Shown here in pieces: positions 12,901 to 26,102 of a DNA stretch of 64,000 bases. The DNA comes from Bispira polyomma (Eukaryota). Every line of letters begins with the position of its first letter. Within the stretch, counting starts at the first letter, position 1. The stretch is taken from assembly GCA_965649765.1 (NCBI GenBank), contig OZ287757.1:10850001-10914000 (forward strand), written 5' to 3'. A program made the translations under genes and the position numbers. The notes under the pieces were generated by a model that worked only from the letters and a program-made list of their open reading frames with translations, did no database searches and was not told where the DNA came from.

Positions 12901-15900
12901 ACTATCTATTTCTAGCTAGGGCCTAACATTGCACCACATTGTTTTTCTTTGTCAATATATTTCTCAATTGCTGACTTATGCTAAATGATGATTGATAGTT
13001 TCCTTAATCTGTAAACTGGCAGTGTCTTGCAAAGACAGAGGAAAGCCGAATTTAATATATTGGATAAGTAACTCATCTGTATAGTTTCTAAGAACTTCCT
13101 CCCAGGCCCCAACATTTAAACCTGAAATTAAGGGGACCCCTGCCCCTCTATAATTAGGACATTCCGTGTCCTTAATCATTTGTGCAACTTCAGACATTTG
13201 TTGGATGGGAGTAATATATACTGGGGCCCTGTCAGGTCCTATAAACTTAAATTTGTTTTCTGAGATGGTCAAGAAACTTTTGGTTTTGTGTGGAAAGTTT
13301 GTGTCCCTAGCTACACGGGTTGTACCTGTAGTGTCGTGTGAATCAATTTTTGGAAGTTCAACTGAGAAGTCGGACGACGCAACTTTACCTTTGTGACAGG
13401 ATTTAACTGTCTTGACCTCTATTGGTCTGTGATTGCTGGCTGTAGACATTTTATTTACATTAACATCTGACAACAACTCATCAATAATGTTACTTACATA
13501 CTCTGTGTAATCTACCTGATATTTCTCTTTACAAGTAATAAATTTTTGGTAATTGTACCAAGCATTGTTTGCTAACTTTCTATCAGTTTTGTTCCAATGT
13601 TGCACCATGTGCTTGTTATTTCTATAATCTAGCAGTTGGGAGAAAATTCAATTGTTGTAAAGATGTTGTAAACCTGTTTGTGATAACCATTTCCCGTACT
13701 GGTGGGTGGTCACACTTAAAGTATTGGTCTCTTTGACCAATTTTCCCATCCTCCAACATGTACAATCCTGAAAACTGTTCACACTGGATAAACACCACAG
13801 ACAGCCTCTGGTTCTTTACTGGAACATAATACAACCAGTTAGTGATAGAAATCATAACACTTACTGGTATGGGCTACAATGCCAAGTGTCATTTCCACAA
13901 ACATTATTGGGGCCGCGGTGGCCTAGTGGTTAGCAAGCATTGCGCTTCACAATCACTGGTCTCTCACCTCTGGGCGGCGCGAGTTTGAATCCCGTCGATG
14001 CCTATGTGGGAAAGGTGGTAGTTCCTTACTGTGGGCCGCTGGTTTTTCTGCAGAACCTTGACCGACTGTATGCAGTGTTTCCTCCAGAGTTTCCAACTAC
14101 CCGTCCCAATATAACCTACTAAAAGGTACTAGAGTGGTACCAAAAGTATTATTACCAGTATTTTTAATTATTCTATTGCCCGAGTTAGAATTGTCTACAG
14201 GAACCCTGTGGTTTATGTGTCATTCCAACATAGAAGCACAATCACTTTCACCTATTCCCTCGTCAATGTTTCTAGAAACCCAAGAGTATTTGTTATTGTG
14301 TTCACTAGACTTGGTACTTGTGATTACCTTCAGTGCACTGTCGTCAACAACTTTAGTCCCATTCGATTGGGACATATTGTCTTCAGTAACCCTGTTTCCC
14401 TTTTTGACACTGTTGTTATACTGGTGGAGTTTAGTTTCCGTTCTATACTTGGTAAAACTAGTTTAAAATATATCAGTTTATAACTTATCATTCCTTATGG
14501 TTTTCAGAACATTATTAAATAAATTTTTTATTATGAATTTAACCATTGTCTTAATCTTACGGTCTCATGTCCCCAGTACTAGTAGGTGGCCATTGTCCAA
14601 GAGGTTAGAAACTTGCCCGGAATCCAGCATTTCCCCGAGTTGTAAAGTTTACAAATAATCTTCGTCGCCCAGTTGTAACTAGAGGTAGAACTGCTACTGC
14701 TGCCTTTGGAGTTAAATATAGCTAGTTGTGATGCACTAATGCGGTTGAGCGCCCATTGGGTGCTGTCGCCCTGCTCCAATCCTCCTTCTTCCACATCTGT
14801 CATAATGGTGGCCCAAGCCGTGTGGACAACCTCCCAGGGTAACCAGGACGCATCCCGGAGTGTTAACCCAATTGCTAAATCATTTCCCTAGAAATCACAG
14901 AGTCTGTGACCTGAAGAGCGTTTGCCAGATGGCCGGAAGCCTACTGGGGTAGGATTAAATCATCGAAAGGAGGTTGTTTGCTTGCTGATCCGCCCGTCCA
15001 TCGCTCATTAGCCCATCTCAGGATTACTAGTCGGAATGTCCATCATATTGAATCTTCCTGATTTTTGTAAGAGGACAGCCTTACCTTGGCTAAATACTGC
15101 TTGCTCCTGCAAGTTGTATTCAGCGAGCCTCTCATTCACGATGGCTTGAATGTCTGGCAAAGTTCTTAGAATGTCTGCCTTCAGTAGGATGCCGTCAGTG
15201 GTATAGTCAGTCCTGCTGTGATGGCCAGGTATCGGTAGAGACAGAGGAGCTGTGATACTGCCTGCTAACGGGACCTGAGAGGTAGCACCCTCGGAAACCA
15301 GTCCAGGCGAGACCCTGCTGTGATGACCAGCTGTGATACTGCTCATTAAAAGTACCTGTGACTATGCATATCCACCCTCTTGGCAGTGCTTTTTCTTGTA
15401 GTAGATTTTTTAGTTTTGCCTTCCATTGCTGGAGTCTTTGTGGTACGAGTTCTCTCCATTATCACACAAATAAAAACGTAAAAAGTAAATAGTATAATTA
15501 AAAACAAACTAATAAGTAAAAAAACAAAATCAAATGGAACCAACAGGGCCTTCATAAGCTTAGCATAAAATGTATGTGTTCTCCTGTTGATTCCTTTACC
15601 AATATGGATGACAATATGCTAGCCAGAAGGTTAGCTTTTGGAGAGAATGGCTCTGATTGGTTGTATGAAAAGAGGATAGTGAAGCAACCATTTGCTAGGG
15701 GTTAAGGTAGAAGGTAAAATTTACTGTGGGTGAACTGAACTAGCGGACCCCTATTGGGTCTTGCTACGCAAAAAATGTGGAAATTAGTGTAACTAATGTA
15801 GAAGTGCATGCTTAATATGGGGCGCAAGGATAATATGATACATGAACATCTCTGTCTGTATTGCACATCGAATGATGATATCTCATGACTGAGTGGATAA

Positions 15901-18008
15901 TAAACTTACTTATTGGGTTATGTTAATGTCATACAATTCAATCGAAAACCACAGTACAAATTATGGCACATGGTGGTAGCAAGGTTGGTAGTCGTTGTTT
16001 TTCACTTATACAGCTCCCAGTGAGTTGAACTTTCAGACTGATATCCTTAATCATACAAGTTCATGCTTTCAGTCATAACTTTTCATGCAAGATTATCCCT
16101 CATAAAAGTTTCACTTAGTACTCACAGTCCAAACATTCATTTTATGAACTCCATTAAGTACCAGGATCCATATTCACCAAATAAATTTGAGTAGTTCAGA
16201 ATTAGACTCCATATGTATATCTTGTATACAGAAACAACATGTGGTTGTGACCATTCTGTTATATGAGTCACAGTTAAGCCTTCGATATCGGACTATTCTA
16301 TAAGTCAACTATATGGATATGGGGACCTCATAGGATGCCTGGACATCAATTGTGGGCTTTACCTTACAAGTGCCTTTGTTATAGCTTCCATCATGTGTTC
16401 CAGTAAATACTTAAGCGCCATGGTAAATATGTCAATGGCCTTGGTGATGTGTCCACTTGTGGAAACCACGGTGCTATTGAGGTCCACTTTCTGTTTTAAA
16501 ACAAGGTATCAACAGATTTTGTTTAAATACTTGCATAATGTAAAGATTCTATGGTAAGAAAACTGGGCTAAACTGCATTTCAATAAATTATGGTATGATT
16601 GATATCAATATATATCACAATATTCGATTTTGTCTTTCAGAGATGCCTCAAAACCTTCAAAAAAATATCTATCCCTATATTGTAATCCCTACACTCGTTG
16701 TCCTAATATATATGTTTACTTTAGACGTCAATTAAGAAACCAACTCTGTCCAGAAAATCTTTGATTATATCTTTTGACTATACCTTTATAGTCATTGTGT
16801 CCTGGTACAATTTTCCTGTCCACTCGACTACTGAACAAATATTTTGATTGTTGCGCTTTAGAATCATTAGATCAGATTAGATTAGTGACACTCACTTTGG
16901 AACAATCAAAGCCTGGAATGACCAGGTACACGCAGATTCAGTAGAAATTAGCTTGGATGAATAATTATGATTATCTGCCATTGGGTACTATTGAGAGTGT
17001 CAAGTAAAAGAACCTTTGGGACTTTATTTATCATCCCAAAGTCTCTCATTTCAGTTAAGAAAAATGCAGTTACCGATGTCAGTTGGATGTTCTTGCACTG
17101 TCACAAAGACCTTAATAGTGCTTTTAGTACCAGATAAACTTAAATAAAGTATACATTCAAATTTAAAATATTCAAATGTACAAAGAAGTCTACCATTACA
17201 GATGGCATGAGATGACTTTCTGCTATGTATAGCATTTTTCTGTTATTACTGAGAAAATAATTCAAGACTTTGTATCTCCTTTGCTCATCACCATCCTTTA
17301 CAAATTTGCCATTAATGCCAATAATTGTGTGTATTAGAGAAGTACTGATAGTTTTTGTCTTTGAGCTGAGATTAAGAATTTTTAGTCTCTGGCCGGGGAC
17401 TTAAAACAAGTGCAATTACTAGATCCTCTGTCCCTAATGGATCTGTGCTTTAGCTAGATCTTTTAAAGTCAGCCTCCCGAATGCAGATAAAAGGCAGACG
17501 AATCATTTACTTGAAAAAAAATCCAACCATTTTCCAGTATTTGTTGAGGTATTTAGTAAATATTGACAGAACACAATATAAACTCAGAATCCTCTCTCTG
17601 CACCAAACACCCTGGTAGAGGATTGAAACACAATATTTTGCAATTCATATACAAAATTACCTGATTATGGAGCATCATCTTAAAGTGTCTATATAAGTTG
17701 TACCCATTTGGTCCCCCAATCTCAACCTCTTCATCCGTTGAATCTAAATGACTGAACTCATGTTCAGCAGTATAGCCAAAACTGTGAAAGGATTTGTCTG
17801 GGTTGGTCATGACGCATGTAGGAGTCTTGTAGGAGGAACACCCCAGTTCGGCACCCCAGTTCTTGTTCATGCTGATGGCGCTCGGTTTGTACTTGAAGGA
17901 GAAGGCATAGCCGCTGAAGGTGGTACCAAAATCAATTGCTGCCACCAGTAGGTAGTTCTCCTCTAGTGAGAGGTTCTTTAATGTGTTTGACAGGGCCTCT
18001 GCCATCAT
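6979..18008 (-). CDS. HSPA12: Heat shock 70 kDa protein 12-like (copy 1), intact; coding exons 18008-17661, 16490-16363, 9980-9887, 8951-8783, 8042-6979 (1803 nt, 600 aa)
   Basis: HSPA12 motifs AIDFGTTFSGYAFSF, WVLTVPAIW, ALEPE, DAGGGTVD (across exons 4/5), SGGPWGG, LVGGFAE, IKGAVLFG. All four introns are GT-AG with compatible phases (0,2,0,1) and the spliced frame is open. Confidence 0.93.
8210..8610 (-). mobile_element. Old SINE-like remnant interrupted by a short plus-strand LINE-like 3' end with (ATTA)n tail (~8410-8524)
   Basis: Degenerate B box (ggattcaaaccc) and A box (ctaaccacaatgccac) separated by an AATAAA + attaattaatta segment. Confidence 0.4.
9645..9843 (-). mobile_element. tRNA-derived SINE (family 2), 5'-truncated, in HSPA12 copy 1 intron 3
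   Basis: 15-bp TSD ccaaatttaggtgag (9630-9644, 9844-9858); empty site at about 26230-26246. Confidence 0.88.
12240..12833. repeat. About 303-bp tandem duplication inside the El1 RT
   Basis: 12240-12531 vs 12543-12833; the peptide KFPTIDDILEQIR...AFG occurs twice. Confidence 0.9.
13909..14137 (+). mobile_element. tRNA-derived SINE (family 2), nested in El1, 3' tail lost
   Basis: A box TGGCCTAGTGG, B box GTTTGAATCCC; near-identical to 39636-39898. Confidence 0.85.
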
Positions 18009-18782
18009 TTCATGTCACACTCTGGGTACAAAGGAAAACAATAATACTTCTATTGCATTGTGTAATATATTTTTATGATAATTAAACGACGGCAATGACG
18101 CCACGTATTGGGGCTGACAAAAAGTGTAGATTTAAAAGTCGCTATCTTAAAATACATTATGTATCAATTAATGAGTGGGTGAACGGCTTAACGTCCAAAG
18201 GGCATATCTAAACATGTTATATAGTTATATATAGTCATATTTATATCAACATGTCTGTGTATCACAGCATACAGTTCACTGGTAAAGAAAATCAGAAATG
18301 AGTAGTTGCAAAAGGTTTTCTGTTGTGCAAACCACTGGCCATTAAGCAAATCTACTGCCACCATTCGCACATACACGTGGTGGCCTAGATTCAAACCCAC
18401 TGAGAGCCCTTGACATATATATTTATATTTACATCTAACTATATATAATACATAGCCTAAATAAATTATAAATAAATATACCTTTTTACACATTGGACAT
18501 ACATATCTATAAAGCCTGGGTATCAACTCAATTTCTCACATACACAAATTAAAAGTGGTTGATCCAAGAATTTGTATCAATTTATCAGATATTATTGTAA
18601 CTGCTGCCATTTGATAATTAAACAGTTTGTAAATTCACACATAATTGCAAAGAAATACTTACATTTGTTGCTAAATATGATGTTTCTGATCCAATGTGGT
18701 GCTTTTTAAAGTAGCACTTACACAAATGTTATCCCAAAAACAATTAAGCAAATTCCTTTTACTCACTCCCTCTCTCTCCAGA

Positions 18783-18834
18783 AATATATACACAAGGATT
18801 AAATTCACTACAGCGTACTTTTACTTTCGCTTTA
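18783..18834 (-). promoter_or_regulatory. HSPA12 copy 1 putative core promoter: ISRE/IRF-E-like AAAGCGAAAGTAAAAGT plus TATA-like TATATATTT; non-coding first exon probably ends at the gtaagt donor (18663)
   Basis: The ATG exon has an acceptor at about 18022, so an upstream exon is needed. The donor and the ISRE-like motif are retained in the duplicated copy. Confidence 0.5.
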
Positions 18835-20724
18835 GGAATTGGCATGTTTATCTAGCACAAATCAATTAATCCCCTAATATATATGAGGTGTTTCACCAGT
18901 TGCCTGTTCAATAAGTAAATTCAATATCAAGATCGTAGAAGTTTAAAAGTAGGTTCAAGAAAAAGCCAATAATTTCTAAATTCTAAAGAACGCCATTAGG
19001 ATTTACTGTCAATAGTTAATCAGTTTAATAATATTTGTGCGTGCATGTATGCCAACCAGCCTTACAATGCTAATTCAGTCGTATTACTTTACTTTCAGCA
19101 GATCTTATCAAATGGTAAAGGTTTGTTTTAAGTAAAGCCTAAGATTAATTAGAGGTAAAATTGTTTATTTACCTATTTAATTAGTAAATAAAAACATTTA
19201 ATTCCGAAGCAGAAAGTATGAAATTTAATAATTTTAATTAGCATAACATGTTCGAATTGATATGACATATACCCTTGTACCACAATACTTAAGGCATATT
19301 CTTACCTTATTCAGACGAAAAAGAGTTTATTTCATACTTCCTAATGTCGGATATCTGTTCTACAATAAATTATTTTAATGTTTTTGACATGTGATTATAT
19401 TCATAAAAAAAATGTTTCCTGTGGGAAAAAGTATACGTAACAAATCTGGCTTTTTTCTAAAGGAACTAGCATTCGTATTTCTAGTCAGATTTTTGTAATT
19501 CTTTCAGATTTTCAATCAGAAGAAGACGAATAATTTGATGCAAAATAACCATATCAAAATTAAAGTTCAGTGTGTGTCCAGCTTGCAAATGCGGCAAAAT
19601 CGGTAAAATTTAATTTTATTAAGGATTGATTTCATAGCCACATTTATAATAAAAAGTTAAATGTAGTTTAAATGACAAAATCAAACTGCTAGAAATTTAG
19701 ATGTATTTCGAAGGTCAATAATCACACAATTAAACTGCAGAAATATCATGTTATGCAGAAAAAAAAATGATTAAGCTCACAATGGATAAATAATGAACGA
19801 TTCTTAAAGTGGGCTTAGTTTTGCCGAATCAGTGATTGGCTACCTAGTGACTACATTCTTTATTGACAATCAGAAAGCAATAGATGTAACAATGCAGTGA
19901 CAAAACACTGTTATACATGCATGTACGATAAACTGGGTTATTAAAATACAACAAGGAGATAATTTAGACTGTTGTACAGGTGTCTTTTTTCCACAATAAA
20001 GTTTTTATATATTTGCTGATGAGCTGGTTGTGTAATATAAATTGAGTTAAAGTTCTACTTGTTTTGGTTAATTTATAACAGTAAAGCTTAATGACACAAC
20101 AGTAAGCACAATACTGCTGGGGCAAGGGCACACTAGTCAGCACTTTACATATATAATTTCCTAGCCATGGCCAATGGGAGATGGATGCTCTAGTAGGTTG
20201 TAATTGAGCTAGCAATATGTGAGGTAGTTGGTACTTTCCACATGGAGATAGCTAAATTTCTAGTGGAGGATTCGATATATTGTAATAATGTACCTTGGAA
20301 ATTCTTATCACATAACAAATAGGAAGTTGTACGATGATTTGTACATATTGGTGTTTTAAAAGGAATTACGCTGTATAATTACTTGCATATTATGGAGATC
20401 GGATATATCCAATACAAAGATGGATTGAAGATACAATATAACTCTGTGATCCTGAAAAGCTTAGCTTTTATTATAACACAAATCTGATTTCATTTTTTGA
20501 CACACCTTTACACAACCACTGGGTCAAAGTCCATCAGCCTCATTTTGATTTTGCACCATTTTGAACTTGTGGACGGCTAGACAAATTAACATACTGTCCA
20601 ATTATACTATATTGATACAGTTACATGTGTACATATGTTTACAGATATATTAATTTTATAAAAATGTAAACATGTGAATTAAGTAATCATATAACAATGT
20701 AAACATGTGAATTAAGTAATAACA

Positions 20725-22930
20725 TCGGCCACAGAGGCATTAGCAGACCAGGCCAGCCAACGCGGGTGAGGACCCAGCACCTATGGCACAGATTCGCCTA
20801 GCAGAGGGGAGTCCTGCGGCCCGTTACAGCTCACCTTGGCAAACCACGCACAAGTTGGAAGATAGGAGACAGGACCCGCCCTCCACACAGTGCGTGACTC
20901 AACCCATCTGAGGCTGACCAGGCAGATAAGTGGATATCTGCCAATGAACCTGAGACCCACAAACATAAAGTCTAACTAAAACTACTAAAAACTAAAATAC
21001 AATAAAAAAAACTAGCTAATGTTTACTAACTCGACCAGAGCTTGAACACTTACTTTCGTCCTTACAAAAAGAAAATACAAAAAACATGTAGCCTTCGCAG
21101 AGGCTTGTATATACATATAGCCTTGACAAAGGCTGCTACGGTGAAGTTGTATTCGCATATTGTTTACTTTACACATTATTCAACCTCTATATCGCCTACA
21201 GGGGGGAAAGCGATTCACCCATTATTCACGGCAATTAACAAATGTAAGCAAAAGAAAATAATGTTGAGGCAACTCACTTGTAATTTGTGAAGGTTGTTTT
21301 AATGGACGCAAATCAGACTCATACCCAATTACATGAAAGTATTTCTGATGAATTTAGCCAAAATTTAGTTGCCAAAGGGACTGGGTAAATATTGATTACA
21401 AGGTGGACAGTATTTCGCCATTTTTAAGCAATGATATATATTTGCATTACAATATTACTTATAAGCTATATTTACAATAATAACTATAATATTTAATAGT
21501 TTATCTACATGATGCATATAATGAGAAATTAAAAACAATCAGCAATACAGTCCAATAACTCATCAGAAGTACAGTGTAATCATCAATTTTATAATGTGAT
21601 TAGGTGTAATAACCATATTTATGGCGAAATGCTGTTCACCACAAATCGCTGTCCCCCCCCCCCCCCCCCCATGTATACTTGGGTAGATTGCCTTTTGGGA
21701 CAGATGGAGGGTGGGAAGGTTCCCCTCTAAACCACGAGACTTGGAATTCAGAAATGCCTCTGTGGCCCTGGCATTTTATGATATACAATATACATTTACA
21801 TTGAGAACAACATTAAATCACCAATGTGCAGTGATATTATATGCCTGTATTGTTTGGGCATTATTGGTGTCCTTGAGAGTGTTTTGTGTGCAAAGACACT
21901 TCGTATATCTGCTATTGACAGGGAGAGGGGAGAGGAGGTGTGGGTTTTAACATTTAATCATAACCTTGCAACAGACTCAAGACTGTGATCAAACTGATTT
22001 GATTAATAGAAAAAGATGCAAATAAGTAAAATCTAACACAGTACTTAACCATACTTATACTTTCCATATGAAGACATCAGTCTGTGACATTTTAGGAAAA
22101 ACCTTAAGAGCAAGTAATTGTTTAAATTTGATATTTTCGTAATCCAGTATTATTGTCTTCCCTGAGGCTTTTATATAATATATCAAAACTTGCAGCAGTT
22201 GCCAAAACTGGGTTGTGAAGTGAACTAAGGACGCGAATACGATTTAGGTTTAGTAGTGTGACCTATGGGATTTTTAGGTAGGAAACCAGATGCTGTTTGG
22301 GATATATATATTTCTATCTACTGCCTCTATGTACAACTATACAAATAAAATTTTAAGGTAAAATTTTAAAAATGCCAAAGCCAAATTAGAAAGTAGAAGA
22401 GACAATAGAGGCAAAGGTAGAAGGAATGATGGAGGCTGCATGAGGGATGGATTGTAAGTTTGACCAAATAGCATTGGATTTCCAGCAGCCATGTTTTTGT
22501 ATATGTTGAAGTTTTACATTTGAGTTGAATGCCAGTAAGGCACCAGAACATCTTAAATAGTGGAATGAATGACCTCCATGCGGGGTATGAAGGTGAGTGA
22601 GGATGTTTTTTAGGGTAAATCTGAGCTTTGTGTCTGATAGGCAATTACCTTTATCAGATAGGTTTGCTAGCAATGTAGCCATTGTGTCTAACGGGTATTT
22701 GTCAAATAATACTGTGACTGCTCTCACTGGGTACAACCAATGATTTCTTAATAAAGATAGTTGAATGATGTCTGGGTTTGACCTATTTTGATTGGTCTTA
22801 GTCTACTTAAGGATGAGGTGGACACCTGGTGGGGTGAATAATACGTCAGGCCTTGTGAGATGTCTTGTAGGATCAAAAGGTGAGCTTGAGGTGGTGGTAA
22901 GGATAGAAATCCTCAGAAAACCAAAGAAAG
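20725..22930 (-). mobile_element. 3' remnant of a further Ngaro/PAT-like YR element (El4): YR fragment ~22930-22386 and downstream non-coding region
   Basis: FLRIS, HSFHYLRCSGA, HGCWKSNAIWSNL. The AT-rich post-YR sequence and the GC-rich segment resemble El2. Left boundary approximate. Confidence 0.65.
21402..21640. repeat. 19-bp inverted repeats around an AT-rich core (MITE-like), followed by poly(C)
   Basis: ggtggacagtatttcgcca / tggcgaaatgctgttcacc, 2 mismatches. Confidence 0.55.
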
Positions 22931-23929
22931 CAAAGACAGTGGAAAGAGAGAAAACCCACCTCACCTGATTTGGGCAAGCATTTTATGACAGACTTTAAAT
23001 TTATTCAGAAAAAAAGGCGTCTGTGGTATGCCTGAACTTCCTGAATAAATGAGATACTGGCCAACCTGGACATCTGGTGGCGCTCCATGAGGGTACAGGC
23101 TAACATCCAGAGACGAAAAAAGCCTGGGCATGACCAGCATGCTAACAAAACCTGGGCAGGGGACCAGTGAACCAAAAAGTGAAAATGTTACAGTGGTAAC
23201 ACATTTCTGTTGCACAGTGTAGATTTGATATGTCAGTAAAAAAATTCTTACAGCCTATAGGTTAACAACTGAAATTAGCTAAATTAGTTGAAAGGTCCTA
23301 GTAAATACACAGAGCTGATTGAGTTTAAGTTTTTAAGTATGGGGACACTCACATGGATATGTTTAATACATGTGTGTATAACTGCTTTATACTCCCACAA
23401 GCAATGACTCACACACTATGTAATTGTAGAGCACAATTTTTTCTGTAATTTGAGTGAAAGGTTTATGTGCACACAAATTTCGAGTTAATGCTATGTAGAG
23501 TTAGTATCCTAACATAATTGCTTAACTATATATAATCCTGTAACTATAGATATAGATATTCGAACAGGACATTTGTTTACAAAGAAGTAAAAATGTAGGA
23601 GTTCCACCTTTTAGCTGATTTTTAAAACTACAGAATAATCCACAAAGTTACTTGAGGGAATATTCATAAAGTTCACATGTAGAATATATCAATTTCAGTT
23701 ATTGGCAATGTTTCTATGATTTCAAGCATATGTGACCGTTTCGGCTTGGCAGTTTAGCAATTGCCAAGTTTAGGGTTTAGTACCCACTCATTTGTAGGTT
23801 TAGGGAGTGCCCAGCACAGGAAGCATAATTCCGTATTGACATTTAAAAACAGTTATTTGACAGTGACATTGTCCCTTACTTGATTAAATAGATTTGTTTG
23901 ATTCTATGTATTCATGTAATTTATAAGGG

Positions 23930-26102
23930 TTTTTAAAATTTTTATAAACATTAATTTTTTTAACGACAATTACGCACAACTACAAGCCACTTGGGGATCT
24001 AGTCCCCCCCCAATTTTTTTTACACGGTTAAACAACAACATATGGTACAAAATTAAACATTGTACACTATGGAGTTATAATTTGGCAAAACAAGAAGTTA
24101 TTACATAGTACACAAGATAACTAACATGATGTCATAGTGTTCTATGAATTTTAAAAAGAACAGTGTATGAGTACTTATGTTCTGTTGCATTTCATCTCGA
24201 TGAGCAGCAAAAGCAGGGCATTTTGTAAATGTATCACAATTTCTGGACCAGTTTTACACATGGAGCAGCAGTCATGTTCTATGAAATTGTGTGATCTACG
24301 GTGGAAGACCCATTCTAAGCCTAATGTGGTATACTGCAGAATTACCGGTGTGCCCCAAATGTGCTTTATTAAATTCTACTTGATATTTTGATTTTAGCTT
24401 TGACTTAAAAACTTGAAGTGATAAGACTCATCTGATGTCAGAGTCAATATGGTTCCAAAGTTTTATCGATTCTAACATCATTTCTGGTTTAACAGAGCTA
24501 CTATCATACTATTCTGCCCCTTACTCTAATAGAGGTCTCGCACATATTTGTCTGTCTCTTAAGAGGGGGTTCCACATTCAAGTTCGATCGGCAAAATAGG
24601 CCCGATTTTAAGTCGGGAAGGTCGGGGCAAAAAAATCAATAAAATTCATTTTTGGGCGGGAAAATTCATATGTGGGGCGGCCTTCCCGATCGAAGATGAC
24701 GCTGACCCCGATCTTACTTGAACCAGGATAGGATCGAACTTACTGAGGATAGGATCTGACGTATCGCCCTAGGATCGAATGTATCGCCAATAGGATCTGA
24801 CGGATTTAGATCCCCGACCATAAAGATCGAACGTAGAAAAGTCAAAGTTGGGACTGTTATTGTATATAATATATATGACAAAATGAGATGACATTATGAA
24901 ATAAAAGAAATAATACCTGTTTAAACCTCATTTTTGATGAAAGTTTGTTGTAACTAACAGCAAATAATTTCACTGTTCGCGTACATGAACTGAACCAGAA
25001 GTGGGTTTGATGTCGCAAAGTTAAATATAACTTTTAAACTGATTTCCGTTATCGGGACAGACAAAATGATAAACTAGGCTTAAAATATGTGTCTATATTC
25101 TTCCCGACCTTCCAGACCACCCCGTTTTCGCGCCCGACCAATATTTTTTGATGGGCCAGCGTTAGGACAGGCCGGGAGTGATGTTAAGACCTATTAGACA
25201 GAATGTATTGCCAATAGGATCAGACTTATTTGCCGAAGCCAACCTTCCCGTTTTCAGAGGTCGGGGACACAAGTCGGGACACTTTTACAAAATATCAAAC
25301 TTTTTTGACATTTTTCTTGACCTTCCCAACCACCCCGTTTTCAGCTTCTGACCTATAAATTTTGCCGTTTTTCCTGTTATCGATCACAAATTCGGGAAGG
25401 TCGGGAACCAAATCCTGAGTGTGGAACCCTCGTTTTAGCTAAACGGGGCAACTTGAATAACAATTGCTTTAGCTGAGATACTAAATTGAGTGCTTTATCT
25501 GCTATATTTTGTAAAAGTTTGTTCCAAGAATTAAATGGTACTCGAAGATGGGTTAGACAACTTACTTTTTGGAGTTTATTGTCACCCAGATATAAGTCGA
25601 GATTATCTGTTGGTATCAATTTCTTTGAAAAAATTATGCATTTAGTTTTAAGAGGTTTGAAATGCACAACCATGTTCTTGTCCATTTTTCTTAAACAATC
25701 AAGGTTTTTCTTAAGGACCAAGAAAACAGATTCAGGACTTGATAGTGGCCTACACAAAGATGAGTCATCTGCAAATAGAAAATTTTCAGACACAAGATCA
25801 TCAGCTATATTATTAAAATAAATTAGGAAAAGTATAGACCAAGGATAGACTCCTGTGAAATATCATTTGAGCTCTTACCCCCAATCACAACTCTCACATT
25901 TTTAAAGTATTTTCTTAACCATTGAATATGTGTGGCACCAATTCCAACTCTTTTTAAGTTTATGTAATAAACTGGTGTGCCGAACTCGAACAAAAGCTAC
26001 TGTGGCATCAAGTGAAACCAAGCAACTGTCTTGTCCGTTTTCCACAACACTATAAATTTTATGTGTGATGGCATTGAACTCATTAATAGTGAGTTCTCCC
26101 AA
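23930..26102 (-). mobile_element. Decayed CR1/L2-like LINE fragment (RT 26102-25432; C-terminal Cys/His region ~24350-24170), split by a MITE
   Basis: LDATVAFVRVRHTSLLHKL, QESILG, LFADDSSL, FKPLKTKCIIFS; Cys-rich C-terminal remnant. Left boundary approximate. Confidence 0.7.
24565..25431. mobile_element. Non-autonomous DNA transposon (MITE-like) nested in the LINE
   Basis: TIRs gggggttccacattcaag / cctgagtgtggaaccctc; many subterminal tcgggaaggtcggg / cccgaccttcc motifs in both orientations; TSD not resolved. Confidence 0.7.

Larger units (their letters stand above)
10436..15787 (-). mobile_element. Decayed Ngaro/PAT-like YR retrotransposon (El1) in intron 2 of HSPA12 copy 1: gag ~15459-14579, RT/RNase H ~13860-11290, YR ~11250-10635
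   Basis: RT motifs (KFPTIDD, KLDVARAF, AFGW), RNase H (DACLTGLG, HIEMLN), YR C-terminus HGLWRSSAIWSYL; many stops and frameshifts. Boundaries defined by the empty site at 27072-27110; right end lies within 15770-15787. Confidence 0.9.

Noticed and set aside
13909-13995. tRNA gene, possibly tRNA-Sec (CTTCACA loop with TCA)
   Set aside because: No closing acceptor stem; the head continues into a dispersed body with tail and TSDs in other copies, so it is a SINE.
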